From NCBI GenBank assembly GCA_963811105.1, contig CAWEPZ010000011.1, forward strand, positions 544,001 to 608,000: 64,000 nt of DNA, read 5' to 3'. The notes below the pieces were generated by a model. That model saw nothing but the letters and a program-made list of their open reading frames with translations, was not told where the DNA came from and did not search any database. The stretch comes from Candidatus Bathyarchaeota archaeon. Its GTDB lineage: Archaea > Thermoproteota > Bathyarchaeia > Bathyarchaeales > Bathycorpusculaceae. Each line of letters starts with the position of its first letter. Within the stretch, counting starts at the first letter, position 1. The translations under genes and the position numbers were made by a program. Below are positions 41,822-53,539 of this stretch, piece after piece.

Positions 41822-44518
41822 ATGCGAATAAATAAGTTGAAAATATTTGCTACAATTGTTATTGCTCTTATGATGACTTCTGTAATGATGATAGAAAATA
41901 ATCTCGTTAGAGCACAAACTGTCAGCCAACCACAACCAGGACCATTACCAACCGGTGCAACTCCCGACACAACACTTTCAGTAGTCGGCGCTTTCCTTAG
42001 CGTCACACCAAGCCCCTTAGGGATAGGTCAACAGCTGCTAGTCAACATGTGGATAATACCCCCAACGGCACGCAATCGACAATTCAATAAAGCATACGAG
42101 CTAACAATCACCAAGCCAGATGGTAGCCAAGCCGTTATAGGCCCAATGGACTCATTTGCCGGCGACGCAACAGCATGGACTAACTACGTCCCCGACCAAA
42201 TAGGCACATTTAAATTCAAATTTGATTTTCTCGGCCAATATTTCCCAGCAGGCTACTACTACAACGGCATTAACTACCCAAACATCGCAGCAATGCCCGC
42301 AGCAGACTTAGCCAAAATGGCCCAGACAACCTATGGCTCTATGAGCGCACCTCAAAACCTAGGCTCAGCCTACTACAAACCCACATCAAGTCAAGAGGTA
42401 GACGTTGTAGTTCAGCAAAATCCAATCGCCTCATGGACACCAACACCACTTCCAACCGACTACTGGACCAGACCTGCATATTCTGAGAATCGAGAATGGT
42501 GGCCGATATTAGGAAACTCGCCGCCAACTGGAATCATAGGCGGAGGACCTAATTGGCCAGCAAATACAAACATCTACATGAACAACTACGGCTTTGTTCC
42601 ATACGTGCAAGCTCCTAACACTGCACACGTTGTATGGAAACGACAGGGTGCATTTGGAGGACTTGTCGGAGGATCAAAAGGACAAATCACTTATGACTTA
42701 TTTGCAGGAACTGGCGAGATCGGCTTTCCAGCTATAATCTATAATGGAAGATGTTACCAAACTGTCACAAAAGTCAACCAGACGGCACCAACATCACAAG
42801 ATTACTGGCAATGTTATGATCTGCGAACCGGACAAGTGTACTGGGAAAGACCAATATATCCAGGAGAAACTATGCCTACCTTTATCGAATATGCGTCTGA
42901 GTCAGAGGAAGTTCCAGGCGCTGAAGCCAGAGTGGGAACAACGATATATCTAGACGCCTTAACTGGCTCATCAGGAACCAATTCGGGTAGAATACTGAAG
43001 TATAATCCCTGGAATGGAGCCTTGCTAGTTAACATAACAGGGCTTCCACCAGGCGTATCGGGAACAACATTATACGGATACCCCTACGTTCTAAGCGTCC
43101 AAACTATTGGCAGCGGTGCGAGCGCCACTTACCGATTGATTAACTGGACAATTGAAAACAGTGCAGGACCAGGAACTGCATACACAGCGTACGGACTAAC
43201 ACCAGTAACTGACAATTTCACTTCCAGAATTGTAAGCAACACAACTTGGCCATTCAGTAGCCTAGGCACTGCCGACTTCCAAGCTGGCTTAACTGTCAAT
43301 ACAGGTGCAATAATTGCAGCAGGAACAGGCGTACAAGCAGGTACTTTCATAATGGGTGCCAGCTTAACAACAGGACAACTGCTATACAACATTACGTTGA
43401 ACGCTGACAACGGTTACAACCAGTTCACTGGAATTAACCCACGAGCTGACCATGGAAAATTCGCCACACGCAACCGAGATGGATCCTACTATTGGTTTGA
43501 CATGGCAACAGGCAAATTCCTATGGAAGAGCCCACTTTCAAGCTATCCATGGGGTGTCTGGGAAGCATACAACGTTGAATCAGCTTACGGGTACATTTAC
43601 ATGACAGACTACGCAGGCGTTAGCGCTATTGACTGGAACACGGGCAACATTGTTTGGCAATTCATAGCGCCAACTCCATTTCCGTTCGAAACACCATATG
43701 ATGTCAACGGGACAGGAACATATTCCTTCCACAGCGCAGGTCTAGTAGCCGACGGAAAACTTTACGTTGTTAACACCGAACACTCACCATCACAGCCTCT
43801 CACAAGAGGATGGCGACTATTCTGCCTCAACGCTACTACAGGTAATGATATATGGAACATATCCAACGGACAAGGTGCACCTGGCTCTAGAATATTCCAA
43901 GGTGCTATCGCCGACGGTTATCTCGCAATGACCAACGAATATAACGGGTACATGTACGTTTACGGAAAGGGTATAAGCGACACTACAGTCTCAGCTCCAC
44001 AAACTGCCATAACACAAGGAACCTCCATAGTGATTGAGGGTACAGTATTAGACCAGTCTCCAGCTCAAACAGGCAAGCCATGCGTCTCAGCAGACTCAAT
44101 GTCCACAGAAATGGAATACTTGCACATGCAATATCCAATCGACGGCATCCACCATAACGTAACGATGACAGGTGTACCGGTTACTCTAACAGCATTAGAT
44201 TCAAATGGCAACTCGATAAACATAGGAACTGCAATAACAGATGCTTACTACGGAACCTTCAGCAAGACGTGGACTCCACAAACAGCAGGTGATTACAAAA
44301 TCATAGCTTCATTTGCTGGAGATGACTCTTACGGCAGTTCAGGAGCAGCAACCGCCCTAACTGTAGCCCAAGCGCCATCTGCATCAACAACATCAACAAC
44401 TTCATTGCAATCTGCACCAGATAACACGATGGTCATTATAGCTTCTGCCTTAGCGGTAATAATAGCCGTAGCAATAGTGGGCGCTTTGATGATGATGACA
44501 TTCAAAAGACGACCCTAA
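41822..44518 (+). CDS. Large surface protein with PQQ-like beta-propeller and C-terminal TM anchor
   Basis: Signal peptide, PLPTDYWTRP..NREW, YDLRTG, ADGKLY..EHS, IADGYL, GTVLDQSP, ASFAGDDSY, TM helix. Confidence 0.88.
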   Translation: MRINKLKIFATIVIALMMTSVMMIENNLVRAQTVSQPQPGPLPTGATPDTTLSVVGAFLSVTPSPLGIGQQLLVNMWIIPPTARNRQFNKAYELTITKPDGSQAVIGPMDSFAGDATAWTNYVPDQIGTFKFKFDFLGQYFPAGYYYNGINYPNIAAMPAADLAKMAQTTYGSMSAPQNLGSAYYKPTSSQEVDVVVQQNPIASWTPTPLPTDYWTRPAYSENREWWPILGNSPPTGIIGGGPNWPANTNIYMNNYGFVPYVQAPNTAHVVWKRQGAFGGLVGGSKGQITYDLFAGTGEIGFPAIIYNGRCYQTVTKVNQTAPTSQDYWQCYDLRTGQVYWERPIYPGETMPTFIEYASESEEVPGAEARVGTTIYLDALTGSSGTNSGRILKYNPWNGALLVNITGLPPGVSGTTLYGYPYVLSVQTIGSGASATYRLINWTIENSAGPGTAYTAYGLTPVTDNFTSRIVSNTTWPFSSLGTADFQAGLTVNTGAIIAAGTGVQAGTFIMGASLTTGQLLYNITLNADNGYNQFTGINPRADHGKFATRNRDGSYYWFDMATGKFLWKSPLSSYPWGVWEAYNVESAYGYIYMTDYAGVSAIDWNTGNIVWQFIAPTPFPFETPYDVNGTGTYSFHSAGLVADGKLYVVNTEHSPSQPLTRGWRLFCLNATTGNDIWNISNGQGAPGSRIFQGAIADGYLAMTNEYNGYMYVYGKGISDTTVSAPQTAITQGTSIVIEGTVLDQSPAQTGKPCVSADSMSTEMEYLHMQYPIDGIHHNVTMTGVPVTLTALDSNGNSINIGTAITDAYYGTFSKTWTPQTAGDYKIIASFAGDDSYGSSGAATALTVAQAPSASTTSTTSLQSAPDNTMVIIASALAVIIAVAIVGALMMMTFKRRP

Positions 44519-44626
44519 TCTTCCCATTTTATTTTTCTGAAAACTACGAATAAAATTTTTTTTCAAACTTGGTTGTGAAGATTGTTGTTGAAAGGTGAGC
44601 GGAAGCTTTAAAATCGTGTATGCGAG

Positions 44627-44740
44627 CTTCCAAGCGACTTGGCATCAGCTTACTTGGCTGACTTGTAGGCAACAAGCGCTTAAGCGTGCCTATTCAATTA
44701 AAGTCAATAAAAGTCAAAGAGTTGGAAGAGTAGTTTTTTC
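44627..44740 (+). ncRNA. Candidate structured small RNA
   Basis: BRE/TATA gcggaagctttaaaa upstream; stems cttccaa/ttggaag, gactt/aagtc, tcagct/ggctga, taggca/tgccta; T6 tract at the end. Confidence 0.4.
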
Positions 44741-45138
44741 CCGCTAACTAAGAATTAATTTCAAAACATCACTTGAGAAAAGCAGAGAGTGTAGATTCCA
44801 AAGTCAATCTGATAGGGTTTAAAATGTAACTTAGCGCTTTAAAATCGACGTTTACACTCAGACTTAGAAGAGTTGGTATTTTTTGCGCAAAAAATCGTAA
44901 AAAAAAGGTCGTCGCAATCTCTATTAGCCTTAGCTTCCCATTGTAGAGTTGTAGCAATTGTACTTAGATTTTGCCCACCCAACGTTGTTTTTCTAACGAA
45001 TTAGTTTTGGACATGTATTCACTTATTTAATATAAATAGTCATTTTCTTCGAAAAATTCTTTTCAATAGTGTTAAATACTGAACAAACGCATAGTGTTTC
45101 TAACCTTAAATATGAAGTATAACTTGGAGATATAAAAA

Positions 45139-46749
45139 ATGAGTGAAAGAGTACATAAGAATAGTTCATATCTAAACGGAAAATCTACAGTAGGTACTAA
45201 CACGCGTGTAAAAGACACTAGCACTATAAGCGGCATGTGCCCGATTTGCATTCGCGACTGCCCAGTGGTATGTGAAATCAGCCTTTCAGCCTTTCGAGGA
45301 AGAGAAGCACTCTACCCAGAACCAGCACAATTTGGAACCAGCACTGCAGGAGCTCTCAAAAACTTCGGTTTAGACTGGTCACACTTCAGCATCCAAGCTG
45401 GACTTTTTGATGCCCAAGGCATACCGGAAACTTCAGAAGAAGCCATTTTCCCAAACGCGAACACAGAAGCAGTTGTAGGAGGAATGCCACTAAAACTTCC
45501 AATACTTACAGGCGCTTTTGGCTCAACAGAAGTTGCGCGCGTAAACTGGGATGCACTTGCAATCGGTGCTGCGCTCTCAGGTGTGTCTGTGACAATAGGC
45601 GAAAATATTGCCGGCATGGACGTGCAAGCTGAGTTTTCAAATGGAAAAATAACTCATTCACCGGAGCTAAAACGTCGAGTTGATTCTTTCAGGAAGTTCT
45701 GGGACAAAAAATATGGCGACGTAATTATTCAAACAAACGTTGAAGACCAAAGACTAGGAATAGACGCATATGCATTGTCCAAGTTGGAAGTAAACATAAT
45801 CGAGCGCAAGTGGGGGCAAGGAGCCAAAGCCATAGGCGGCGAAGTACGTCTCAAGAATATCGAGAAAGCCATCTTACTGAAGAAGCGCGGGTACATTGTG
45901 ATTCCAGACCCTGAAGACATAGTGGTCCAACACGCATTCAAAGATGGCGTTTTCAATACTTTCGAAAGACATAGCAGAGTCGGTATACCTAAAGAAAAAT
46001 CATTTATCGAGGACATTGAGTGGCTGCGCAAGCAAGGTGCAAAAAGAGTATTCTTAAAAACAGGAGCGTACAGACCATCAGCAGTCGCTTATACAATGAA
46101 ATTCGCTTCTGAAGCAAAAATTGACGCCTTAAGTTTCGATGGTGCAGGTGGAGGGACAGGAATGAGTCCAGTATCAATGATGGATGAAATGAGCATTCCA
46201 ACTTTGTACCTGCAGGCGCTAGTACTAAAATGTGCAATGATATTAAAGAAGAAAGGAAAACATGTTCCTGACTTGGTGATGGCAGGCGGATTTATCGAAG
46301 AAACGTCAATATTCAAAACAATTGCGCTTAGCAACTTTGGACAGGGGCCATTGATTAAAGCAGTTCTCATGGGACGCTCTCCAATAACGGCAGCGATGAA
46401 AGCCAGTTACTTCAATCAATTGTCCAAAGAGGGAAGATTACCTAGAAGCTTTGCTGAAAAGTTCGGTGAAACGCCAGACAAATTTTTCATAGCAACACCA
46501 GAGCTCAAAGCAAAATATGGCAAACGATTCGGCGAAATCCCGGTAGAGAGCATAGGTGTTTATACATACTTAACTGATAGGGTCGGCGTTGGCTTAAAGC
46601 AATTAATGGCTGGCAATAGGAAATGGAAACTAGATTTGATTACAAGAGGCGATTTAATGAGTCTTAGCGAAATAGCGACAAAAGTTACAGGCATTCCCTT
46701 AGCACATGAAGTAGAAAATGAGGCAGTAGATAAAATCTTGGACTACTAA
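45139..46749 (+). CDS. FMN-binding glutamate synthase family protein (GltB2/GlxD-like)
   Basis: SGMCPIC..C..VCE, GAFGST, KWGQGAKAIGGEV, LKTGAY, DGAGGGTGMSP. Confidence 0.9.
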   Translation: MSERVHKNSSYLNGKSTVGTNTRVKDTSTISGMCPICIRDCPVVCEISLSAFRGREALYPEPAQFGTSTAGALKNFGLDWSHFSIQAGLFDAQGIPETSEEAIFPNANTEAVVGGMPLKLPILTGAFGSTEVARVNWDALAIGAALSGVSVTIGENIAGMDVQAEFSNGKITHSPELKRRVDSFRKFWDKKYGDVIIQTNVEDQRLGIDAYALSKLEVNIIERKWGQGAKAIGGEVRLKNIEKAILLKKRGYIVIPDPEDIVVQHAFKDGVFNTFERHSRVGIPKEKSFIEDIEWLRKQGAKRVFLKTGAYRPSAVAYTMKFASEAKIDALSFDGAGGGTGMSPVSMMDEMSIPTLYLQALVLKCAMILKKKGKHVPDLVMAGGFIEETSIFKTIALSNFGQGPLIKAVLMGRSPITAAMKASYFNQLSKEGRLPRSFAEKFGETPDKFFIATPELKAKYGKRFGEIPVESIGVYTYLTDRVGVGLKQLMAGNRKWKLDLITRGDLMSLSEIATKVTGIPLAHEVENEAVDKILDY

Positions 46750-46862
46750 ATCATTCTTCTCCTTCCCTTTTTCAAAATTTTAGTCCTTCCCAAATATTAA
46801 ACTTGAAAACATCAATTTCAAAAAAAATAAGAAAGAAGAAAGGGAGTGAAAGTAGGATAAGC

Positions 46863-47528
46863 ATGACGGAAAGTATTGACGCAGAAATAACTATTAAACA
46901 AAAAGAATTAGATGTACGCAAATTGGAAATGGAAGATATTCGAGCGCAGTTCATAGAAGCTTCCGCAGTTTTTATTGCTCAATGGTACAATGAGACTGCG
47001 AAACATCATGTTTACACAAATTCACGCAATACTCTAAGCTTAGGCAGGGATAAATTATCGTCAATGAAAGGCAAACTAAAAGATCTCACGCAAGAAGCCG
47101 GAAAAATCGCTAATGAGCTTCTTTCTGACCCTTCTTTATGGTGGCATTTAATGCCAAAAAACGAAAATGAAAATCCTTCCCTTTATGTGCAGTATGGTAA
47201 TAGGTGCCCAGAAACCATTGATACCCCAATCCGCAAAGCATTGGGAAAATTAGGAGTAATTTTAGAAGAATACGGTTATAATGTGGCTACTAAAGGAGGA
47301 GGGTCAGGAGACGATGTTTCAGTCTGGAATAACAAAAATGTTAGTCCATATCCAATCAATTCCGTGCCTTATTATCCGAATAGCTACGATTGGTCTAAGG
47401 AAATGAAAGATATAATGAAAAGATACAATGAAAGTTACAAACAAGCATATGATTATTGCTCAAATATTAAACGCCTTCAACAGTTGAAAATGGAAAAGCT
47501 AGCTATTGAACTATGGGATTCGTCCTAA
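46863..47528 (+). CDS. Hypothetical helical protein
   Basis: Long ORF with coiled-coil ends and a WWH motif. Confidence 0.7.
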   Translation: MTESIDAEITIKQKELDVRKLEMEDIRAQFIEASAVFIAQWYNETAKHHVYTNSRNTLSLGRDKLSSMKGKLKDLTQEAGKIANELLSDPSLWWHLMPKNENENPSLYVQYGNRCPETIDTPIRKALGKLGVILEEYGYNVATKGGGSGDDVSVWNNKNVSPYPINSVPYYPNSYDWSKEMKDIMKRYNESYKQAYDYCSNIKRLQQLKMEKLAIELWDSS

Positions 47529-48592
47529 GCCTATCCCCTTATTTTTACATTTTGGTTTCATAAATGCGCTACTGATAATCATAGACAGTCAAAAACAAAC
47601 AGGGATTCAATCTTAGATACATAACAAAACGACCTCACGAGAAAAATCTAAATCAACATCGAACAAACGTTATTTGATAAATACGACAACTTCCTCACAC
47701 ATAAAGTGTCGATCAGCCAGAAGAAATCAAATAGCTCATAAAACAGGAATCGAATGAATTCGCCAAAAAGACAACTTAATAACTATGAGAAAGCGAAAAT
47801 GAGCATGAATCAAACAAAAACGACGCTCAAAAAAAGTTGAAATCAATAGTACCAATCTGAAACGTGGCCGGAGTGAGGTACTTGCAGCTCGGTGGCGACA
47901 TAATCGGAATCTCCAGTGGCGATGTAACAGCCAATTATTTTTTTTCGCAGCTTTCTTCCCTTTTTCCTTTTTTATTTTAGCAGCCAGGAGACTTTCTAGT
48001 TGAATCATAAGGAAATTGGAGCTGCAGCTTTGGCTATCCGGATTTTTCTTTTTGGTTTGTCTTTCACTTTTGATGCTGATTTTCATGAGCTTGAGGAGAT
48101 TACGAAGAGGGCTTTGGGTGCTGTCGAATCTTCGGGTGACGTAAAAGGACGGTTTGCATTGGGTCATGAATTAAAGCCGATGCTGTTCTATTTTGTACTT
48201 ACAGGTTTATCGTTGTTTTGTATATTAGTTATAATCCATGTGAGCTTTTCGGGTGAAATAGGTTGTAGTAATTGATTCTCTTGTTTTTTCGGAATCAGTC
48301 AGAGTCATTGAACGTAATAAGGATGGTAATATAATCGGTGATAGAACGAATCTTGCCGATGAAGCGCAAAGAAAAGATACATTACCATCTAACCTCTAGA
48401 TTACGGAGTTAACACCCGCACCACCCTGTTTTTTCCTAAACCATCAAACATAAAGTTAAGTTTGTCAAGATTTTCGTTCTAATTTTAGTTTAATCCTACT
48501 TATTCAATGAAGCTGACTTTCGATGACTTCCATAAAGCACTTAGAGAGATAACCATTATAATCTTAAATATTCAAAAAGGTTTACGATAACA

Positions 48593-49450
48593 ATGCAAAG
48601 AAGCACTCTGTTGATAATATCAGGAATTCTAATTGCAGTAGGTTCTTGTTTAGTTTTAGTGGCTACTCTATTTGTGGCTTTTTTTACATGGGCAGAATAT
48701 TTCGTTCCTTCCCATTATGGTAGTGTAAGAGGAATTACTGAGCCTTTTTATGTTGAGATAGCTATAATTATTTTTGAGCTATCTGCATTCGCTTTAGGTC
48801 TGTTTTCGGCTTTAAACACATTGAAAGGAAGGAAATTCAGTTTATCCATTTTGGGAGCAACTTTTCTACTGATTGCAGGGTTACTGTTTTTTACAGATTT
48901 AGTTCTTAATGTTTTACCCCATGTGGAAACATTTGGTTATTATACAGGGTGGTCAATTCTTCAACAGTACTTGGGTCTTCCCATAATTGTACTTGCTTCC
49001 ATAACTATAATCCTTTTAGTTTCAAGAAAGGAAGAATTCAACAGCAAAGAAAATAATCCATTGGTAACGTTGAAAGTTATTCTAATTTTGTGTTCAATAA
49101 TTTCCGCTTCTTTCGCATTTTTTTCCATTGTTCCTTTAGAACAGGGTGCGGGTCTATTTGGTGGTAATTATCCATTATCTACTCTGATAGTTAGTATTTG
49201 CACTTTAGTTTTTGCTTCATCAGCTGGAGTACTTTTAATAAAGAAAAAATACTTCCTTGTATCAATTCTGTTAATGGTTCTTTCACTATTGTCAGCACTA
49301 TCGCTGTCTTTCATTTTTATGTATATTTTTCCTTGGATAGGGTCATTTGTTAAGGGTCTCGTAACTGAGTCACCAATCATTATACTTTCAGCAGTAGCTT
49401 TGGTTTTAGCTGCGTACTCAAGAGCAAGAACCAAGAATACCTTTCGGTAA
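48593..49450 (+). CDS. Multi-pass membrane protein
   Basis: About 8 TM, AT-rich. Confidence 0.75.
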   Translation: MQRSTLLIISGILIAVGSCLVLVATLFVAFFTWAEYFVPSHYGSVRGITEPFYVEIAIIIFELSAFALGLFSALNTLKGRKFSLSILGATFLLIAGLLFFTDLVLNVLPHVETFGYYTGWSILQQYLGLPIIVLASITIILLVSRKEEFNSKENNPLVTLKVILILCSIISASFAFFSIVPLEQGAGLFGGNYPLSTLIVSICTLVFASSAGVLLIKKKYFLVSILLMVLSLLSALSLSFIFMYIFPWIGSFVKGLVTESPIIILSAVALVLAAYSRARTKNTFR

Positions 49451-49785
49451 AATTTAGTATCATATGTGCTTGTTGTTGGATTAAATGCTAAATTTAATCT
49501 TAAATTCTACTCAGCTATGCAAGTCCTTATTTTTTTTTAATTAAATTTTAATCCCAAGCCCAAACCCAAATAACACTTGCACAATCAAAACACTCTTACG
49601 TGAAACCAAGCTTAGTCAACCTCCACTTACTAACTGTGCAAACAATTAGAGTAAATTTTTTTCTTTGTGCACAAAGGGATTTTACAGCAAGAGGAATATT
49701 AATTTTTTAGCAAAAGAATTTAATTGTATAGGCTGAAAGAGAGAAGGCGGGTGTGTAGGTAACCAACATTAAAATTTCCTATGCA

Positions 49786-50929
49786 TTGAAGCTTGCTATT
49801 TTGACTGCATTGATATCTAAATTTGCAGTTTTTGCAATAGCTTACGTTTCTACATATTTTACGAATGGCGGTCCAACGGACCCAGGATATATTTTGTTAC
49901 ATGAACTAGTACGATGGGACAGCCAGCAATATTTACGCATAGCACAATTTGGTTACGTAAATCAGGGTGATGCAGCAAACGGTATCGTCTTCTTTCCATT
50001 TTACCCTTTTCTAATTAGAATAATTACTTTCAATTTCAACTATGTTGCCCTTTCAGGACTTATAATATCCAATACTTGTTCAATTCTCACAGTTGCTTAC
50101 TTGTTTAAACTTGTAAAACTTGACTACAATGACAGTGTTGCAAAAAAGACAATATTATTCCTAAGTATTTTTCCAACAGCTTGCTTTTTGTCAGCGGCTT
50201 ATACTGAAAGTGTTTTTCTTGTGCTAACCATTGCCAGCCTTTATTATGCTAGAAACTCAAATTGGTCTTTAGCTGGTTTACTAGGTATTCTTTCGACTCT
50301 AACTCGAATTAGCGGGGTTAGTTCTTGTTCCTGCACTTGCCGTTGAATACTTGTATCAGAAAAAATGGACAATAAAATTAAACAAGATACTATCTCTTGA
50401 CGGTTTTTGCACTTGCACATTAAAGTTCAAAGTTCTTGATAGGAAATTTTTATGGTCTATCGTTCCAGCTGCTGGCTTTTTAATATATTTGTTTATTAAC
50501 GTTATAGTTACAGGAAACCCCTTCGCCTTTGTATCAGTTGAGAGCAAGCATTTCTTTCAGGACTTCAATCCGCTTGCGGGCTGGAAGAGTGCAATCGGTC
50601 ATTGGACGACTGCCAGTTACCCAGACAATTTAATGATCGGAGTCTATCAAGTGATTTTCGCCACCTTTGGTTACCTGATGATAGTAGCAGCTTACAAACT
50701 AAAGTTACGTCCGTCTTATCAGGTCTGTATGTTCTTTACATGGTTCTTTGCTGTTTCAACTGGTTTCTGGCTCAGCGTTCCTAGATACATATTAGTCGTA
50801 TTTCCGCAGTTTATCGTGCTCGGCCTTCTTTCCACTAGAAAATCCGTAACTGTAATTATTACGGTTCTTTCGCTTGCTGGTTTAGCATATTATACGTGGT
50901 GGTTCGCTACAGGTCAATGGACAGCTTAG
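49786..50929 (+). pseudogene. PIG-V-like GT-C mannosyltransferase with one frameshift
   Basis: RWDSQQYLRIAQFGY, FFPFYP, YTES, SVPRY; removing one G from the G4 run at 50314..50317 joins the two ORFs. Confidence 0.85.
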
Positions 50930-51176
50930 AAGCCGATTCAACGACGTAACATAAACTCAGGGGAAAAAGATACTTCGCAGTGTATCTAATGACGCTTTCA
51001 AATCGCTGTTTGTTTAGTTAGTGTGGTTTAGTACACTGTAAAATCATGGTAGAATTCAAATTAAGGGATTCAACTTACGTCTAAAACCGTTTGAATTTCA
51101 GATAGACAGCCACAACCCGAAAAATACCAGAAAATATAAATAAAGTTAAGAGTTAAGGCTTTGTTTTGGAGCCTCT

Positions 51177-51509
51177 TTATTCTTGGTCATCCTTCACTAG
51201 CAGCTTTGCTGCCAATTTCAATTGCTCAAATGCTTCTTTAACTTTAATATTATGCTCTAAAGCCGGGTTCTGCTCTAAAGCCTTATCCAAAGTAGAAAGA
51301 TCCTTTTGCACTTCAATCAGAAATACTTCCCGATACAACTTCAAAACCCGTACAGCCGGCAAAGCATAAATCTGATCATCAGTGAACCCTTCTCGACGCA
51401 ACTTTGCCAATATTTCAATTTCAATGTTGATGATAGTTGGATTATTGGTTACCTTTTCCTCTTTAATGTACTCATCAAAAGTCATATCGTCCATTTTCTT
51501 ATCTGACAT
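51177..51509 (-). CDS. Hypothetical protein, MGE-like
   Basis: 110-aa helical ORF with an aaggtg RBS. Confidence 0.65.
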   Translation of the reverse strand: MSDKKMDDMTFDEYIKEEKVTNNPTIINIEIEILAKLRREGFTDDQIYALPAVRVLKLYREVFLIEVQKDLSTLDKALEQNPALEHNIKVKEAFEQLKLAAKLLVKDDQE

Positions 51510-51580
51510 TATAAAGCACCTTCAACCCTAGCAAACAAACTAAACATAACATATTTTTTAGCCAAAAGAACGTCTATTCC

Positions 51581-51757
51581 TTACTTGTCAAGTTCTTCTC
51601 TTAGAACAAGAATAGTGGGATACTCCATCGAATGACCTGATTTATCACTCACTTTAGGATGACCTTTCTTACATCTCATCCCATATCTTGTTTTGGCTGC
51701 ATTTTCCCAAACCTTTTCCGTTGGTCCACCACATACTGTGCACTTAAAATCTTTCAT
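51581..51757 (-). CDS. 58-aa Zn-finger microprotein
   Basis: MKDFKCTVCGG..RCKKGH; ggtga RBS. Confidence 0.6.
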   Translation of the reverse strand: MKDFKCTVCGGPTEKVWENAAKTRYGMRCKKGHPKVSDKSGHSMEYPTILVLREELDK

Positions 51758-51894
51758 ATTTTTTCACCCAAACCAAAAAAAATTACTCCGATAAAGTCAA
51801 AGGTAAATAATTCGTAACTGTGTTTTTCCAATTCTTTTCTCTCCTTCAGCGTTATATTGACTTGTTTTGACTCTTCCTACTACAAAGAAAAGAG

Positions 51895-52074
51895 TTAAGG
51901 CTTCTTTTCTTCTACTTTAGCAAGGAATTTCTTGATTAATTCCAGATCAGCGTTAACCGTTTCTATGCTTCCACAACGATTTAAGAGCATAGAGAAGCCT
52001 TCTAAACGCTCCCCATCTTCTATATACCTTCTAATAATTTCTCTTTCGTTTGCTGTAAGTACGTATTCTCTCAT
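51895..52074 (-). CDS. 59-aa hypothetical protein, MGE-like
   Basis: MREYVLTANEREIIRRYIEDGERLEGF..; aggtg RBS and upstream TATA. Confidence 0.6.
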   Translation of the reverse strand: MREYVLTANEREIIRRYIEDGERLEGFSMLLNRCGSIETVNADLELIKKFLAKVEEKKP

Positions 52075-52423
52075 TAATTACACCTGCTCTATCTTTGTGG
52101 TTGTTTAACTATATAACTTTAACTACAATAGATAATTATAACTAGCCCATTAATTCCAGTAGTTGTCGAGCTTGAAAATATGATAACTCAACAAGTCAAC
52201 CAAAAACTTCCAAGGTGCGAAAACCTCAGACGACTAGATAAAGATCGCGTTTTTGCGCTCGTGCTAACGCTTGGATCAGCCCAAAATGCTGCGGCAAGTG
52301 CTGTCTAGGAAGCAAAACAAAGAGCCACTTATGCATGGTAAAGTTTTCGAATTAAGAAAAACTTAATTATTGAAAAAGAACATATTTCAGTCGAAACCAT
52401 TAGCGTTGGAGAAGTGTTTGTAG

Positions 52424-52738
52424 TTGAGCTCGACGCCAAGTGAGTCTGAAAAGAAAGAGCGAGAGCCAAGCCCTGTTGACATATCTTTTTTGGATATTTA
52501 CCAGCTTGTAGAGTTGTTTATCATGCTATTGAGCGAACAAGCCGGGCGCTATATAGGATTAAGGGTTGATCCGCGTACAAGTAAAATAGACAAGGATCTT
52601 GCAAGAGGGCGCGTCGCCATAGATTGCATAATCTCACTTGTTGACAAGATAGAATCCAACTTGGATAACGCAGAGATAGAACGTTTGCGAAGACTAATAA
52701 CAGACCTGCAAATGAACTATGTTGAACAGATGAAATAA
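52424..52738 (+). CDS. DUF1844-like protein
   Basis: YIGLRVDP..KDLARGRVAIDC..LITDLQMNYV. Confidence 0.8.
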   Translation: MSSTPSESEKKEREPSPVDISFLDIYQLVELFIMLLSEQAGRYIGLRVDPRTSKIDKDLARGRVAIDCIISLVDKIESNLDNAEIERLRRLITDLQMNYVEQMK

Positions 52739-53539
52739 TGTGCGCGCTGAGGACTTGACAAAGAAAATAGCAGTGAGCGCAAAATTACTGCACCAGAAAT
52801 TAGAAAATTGAGGACATACTTCTTTTCTTTTTTTTCTAATATTGAAAAACCAAGTTTCCGCTACAAATGGGACAATCTAAAGGCAATTTTCCCTGAACCG
52901 ACATTAATTGATATGAGCATAGGAAGCAGAAGTAAATTTGGCAGTTTGAGCAGAACTTAGTGACTCCCCTATTATTTTTCCGCAAGAGTCACAAAGCTAG
53001 ACAAATCAACCATAACAAAACTTCAAACAAACTCTTAGATAAACCACGAATCGAAACTACCTTTTACGTTAGTGAGGTTGACTTAAACTGAAAGTCGGAA
53101 AGTTTTGATTTTAGAAGTTTGGTAGTTAGTTCATTTTTTACTCTATTTATTTATTTTAACTAAATGCGACAATAGCCAGCGACTAACAAATTCTTCGAGC
53201 TCTTACCAGCCATTTGGTTTTATTCTTGAAAGTATCTGAGCTTTAGTTTTATAGTCAAAGTCTGGGCTGTCCAATATTTCATTAAATATTTCTTCCAACA
53301 TAGTTCTTTCCTCATTAAGTGTTTTCTTTTTCTTTTTGAAGTTATTCTTTATCCTTAATTATTAATGTAGTCGGAAGACTTAATAATGATATTTCAAAAA
53401 GCAGAATATATCAAAAAAAGAAATTCCCTTAAAGCCATGCATTTTAGGATAAGTGGGAAAGGAAAGGTTACTCGCAGATTCGCTCAGCCAACATTTGGGC
53501 TAGACTGGCGTTGGTTTTTTTCGGAATTTGGCCAGATCA

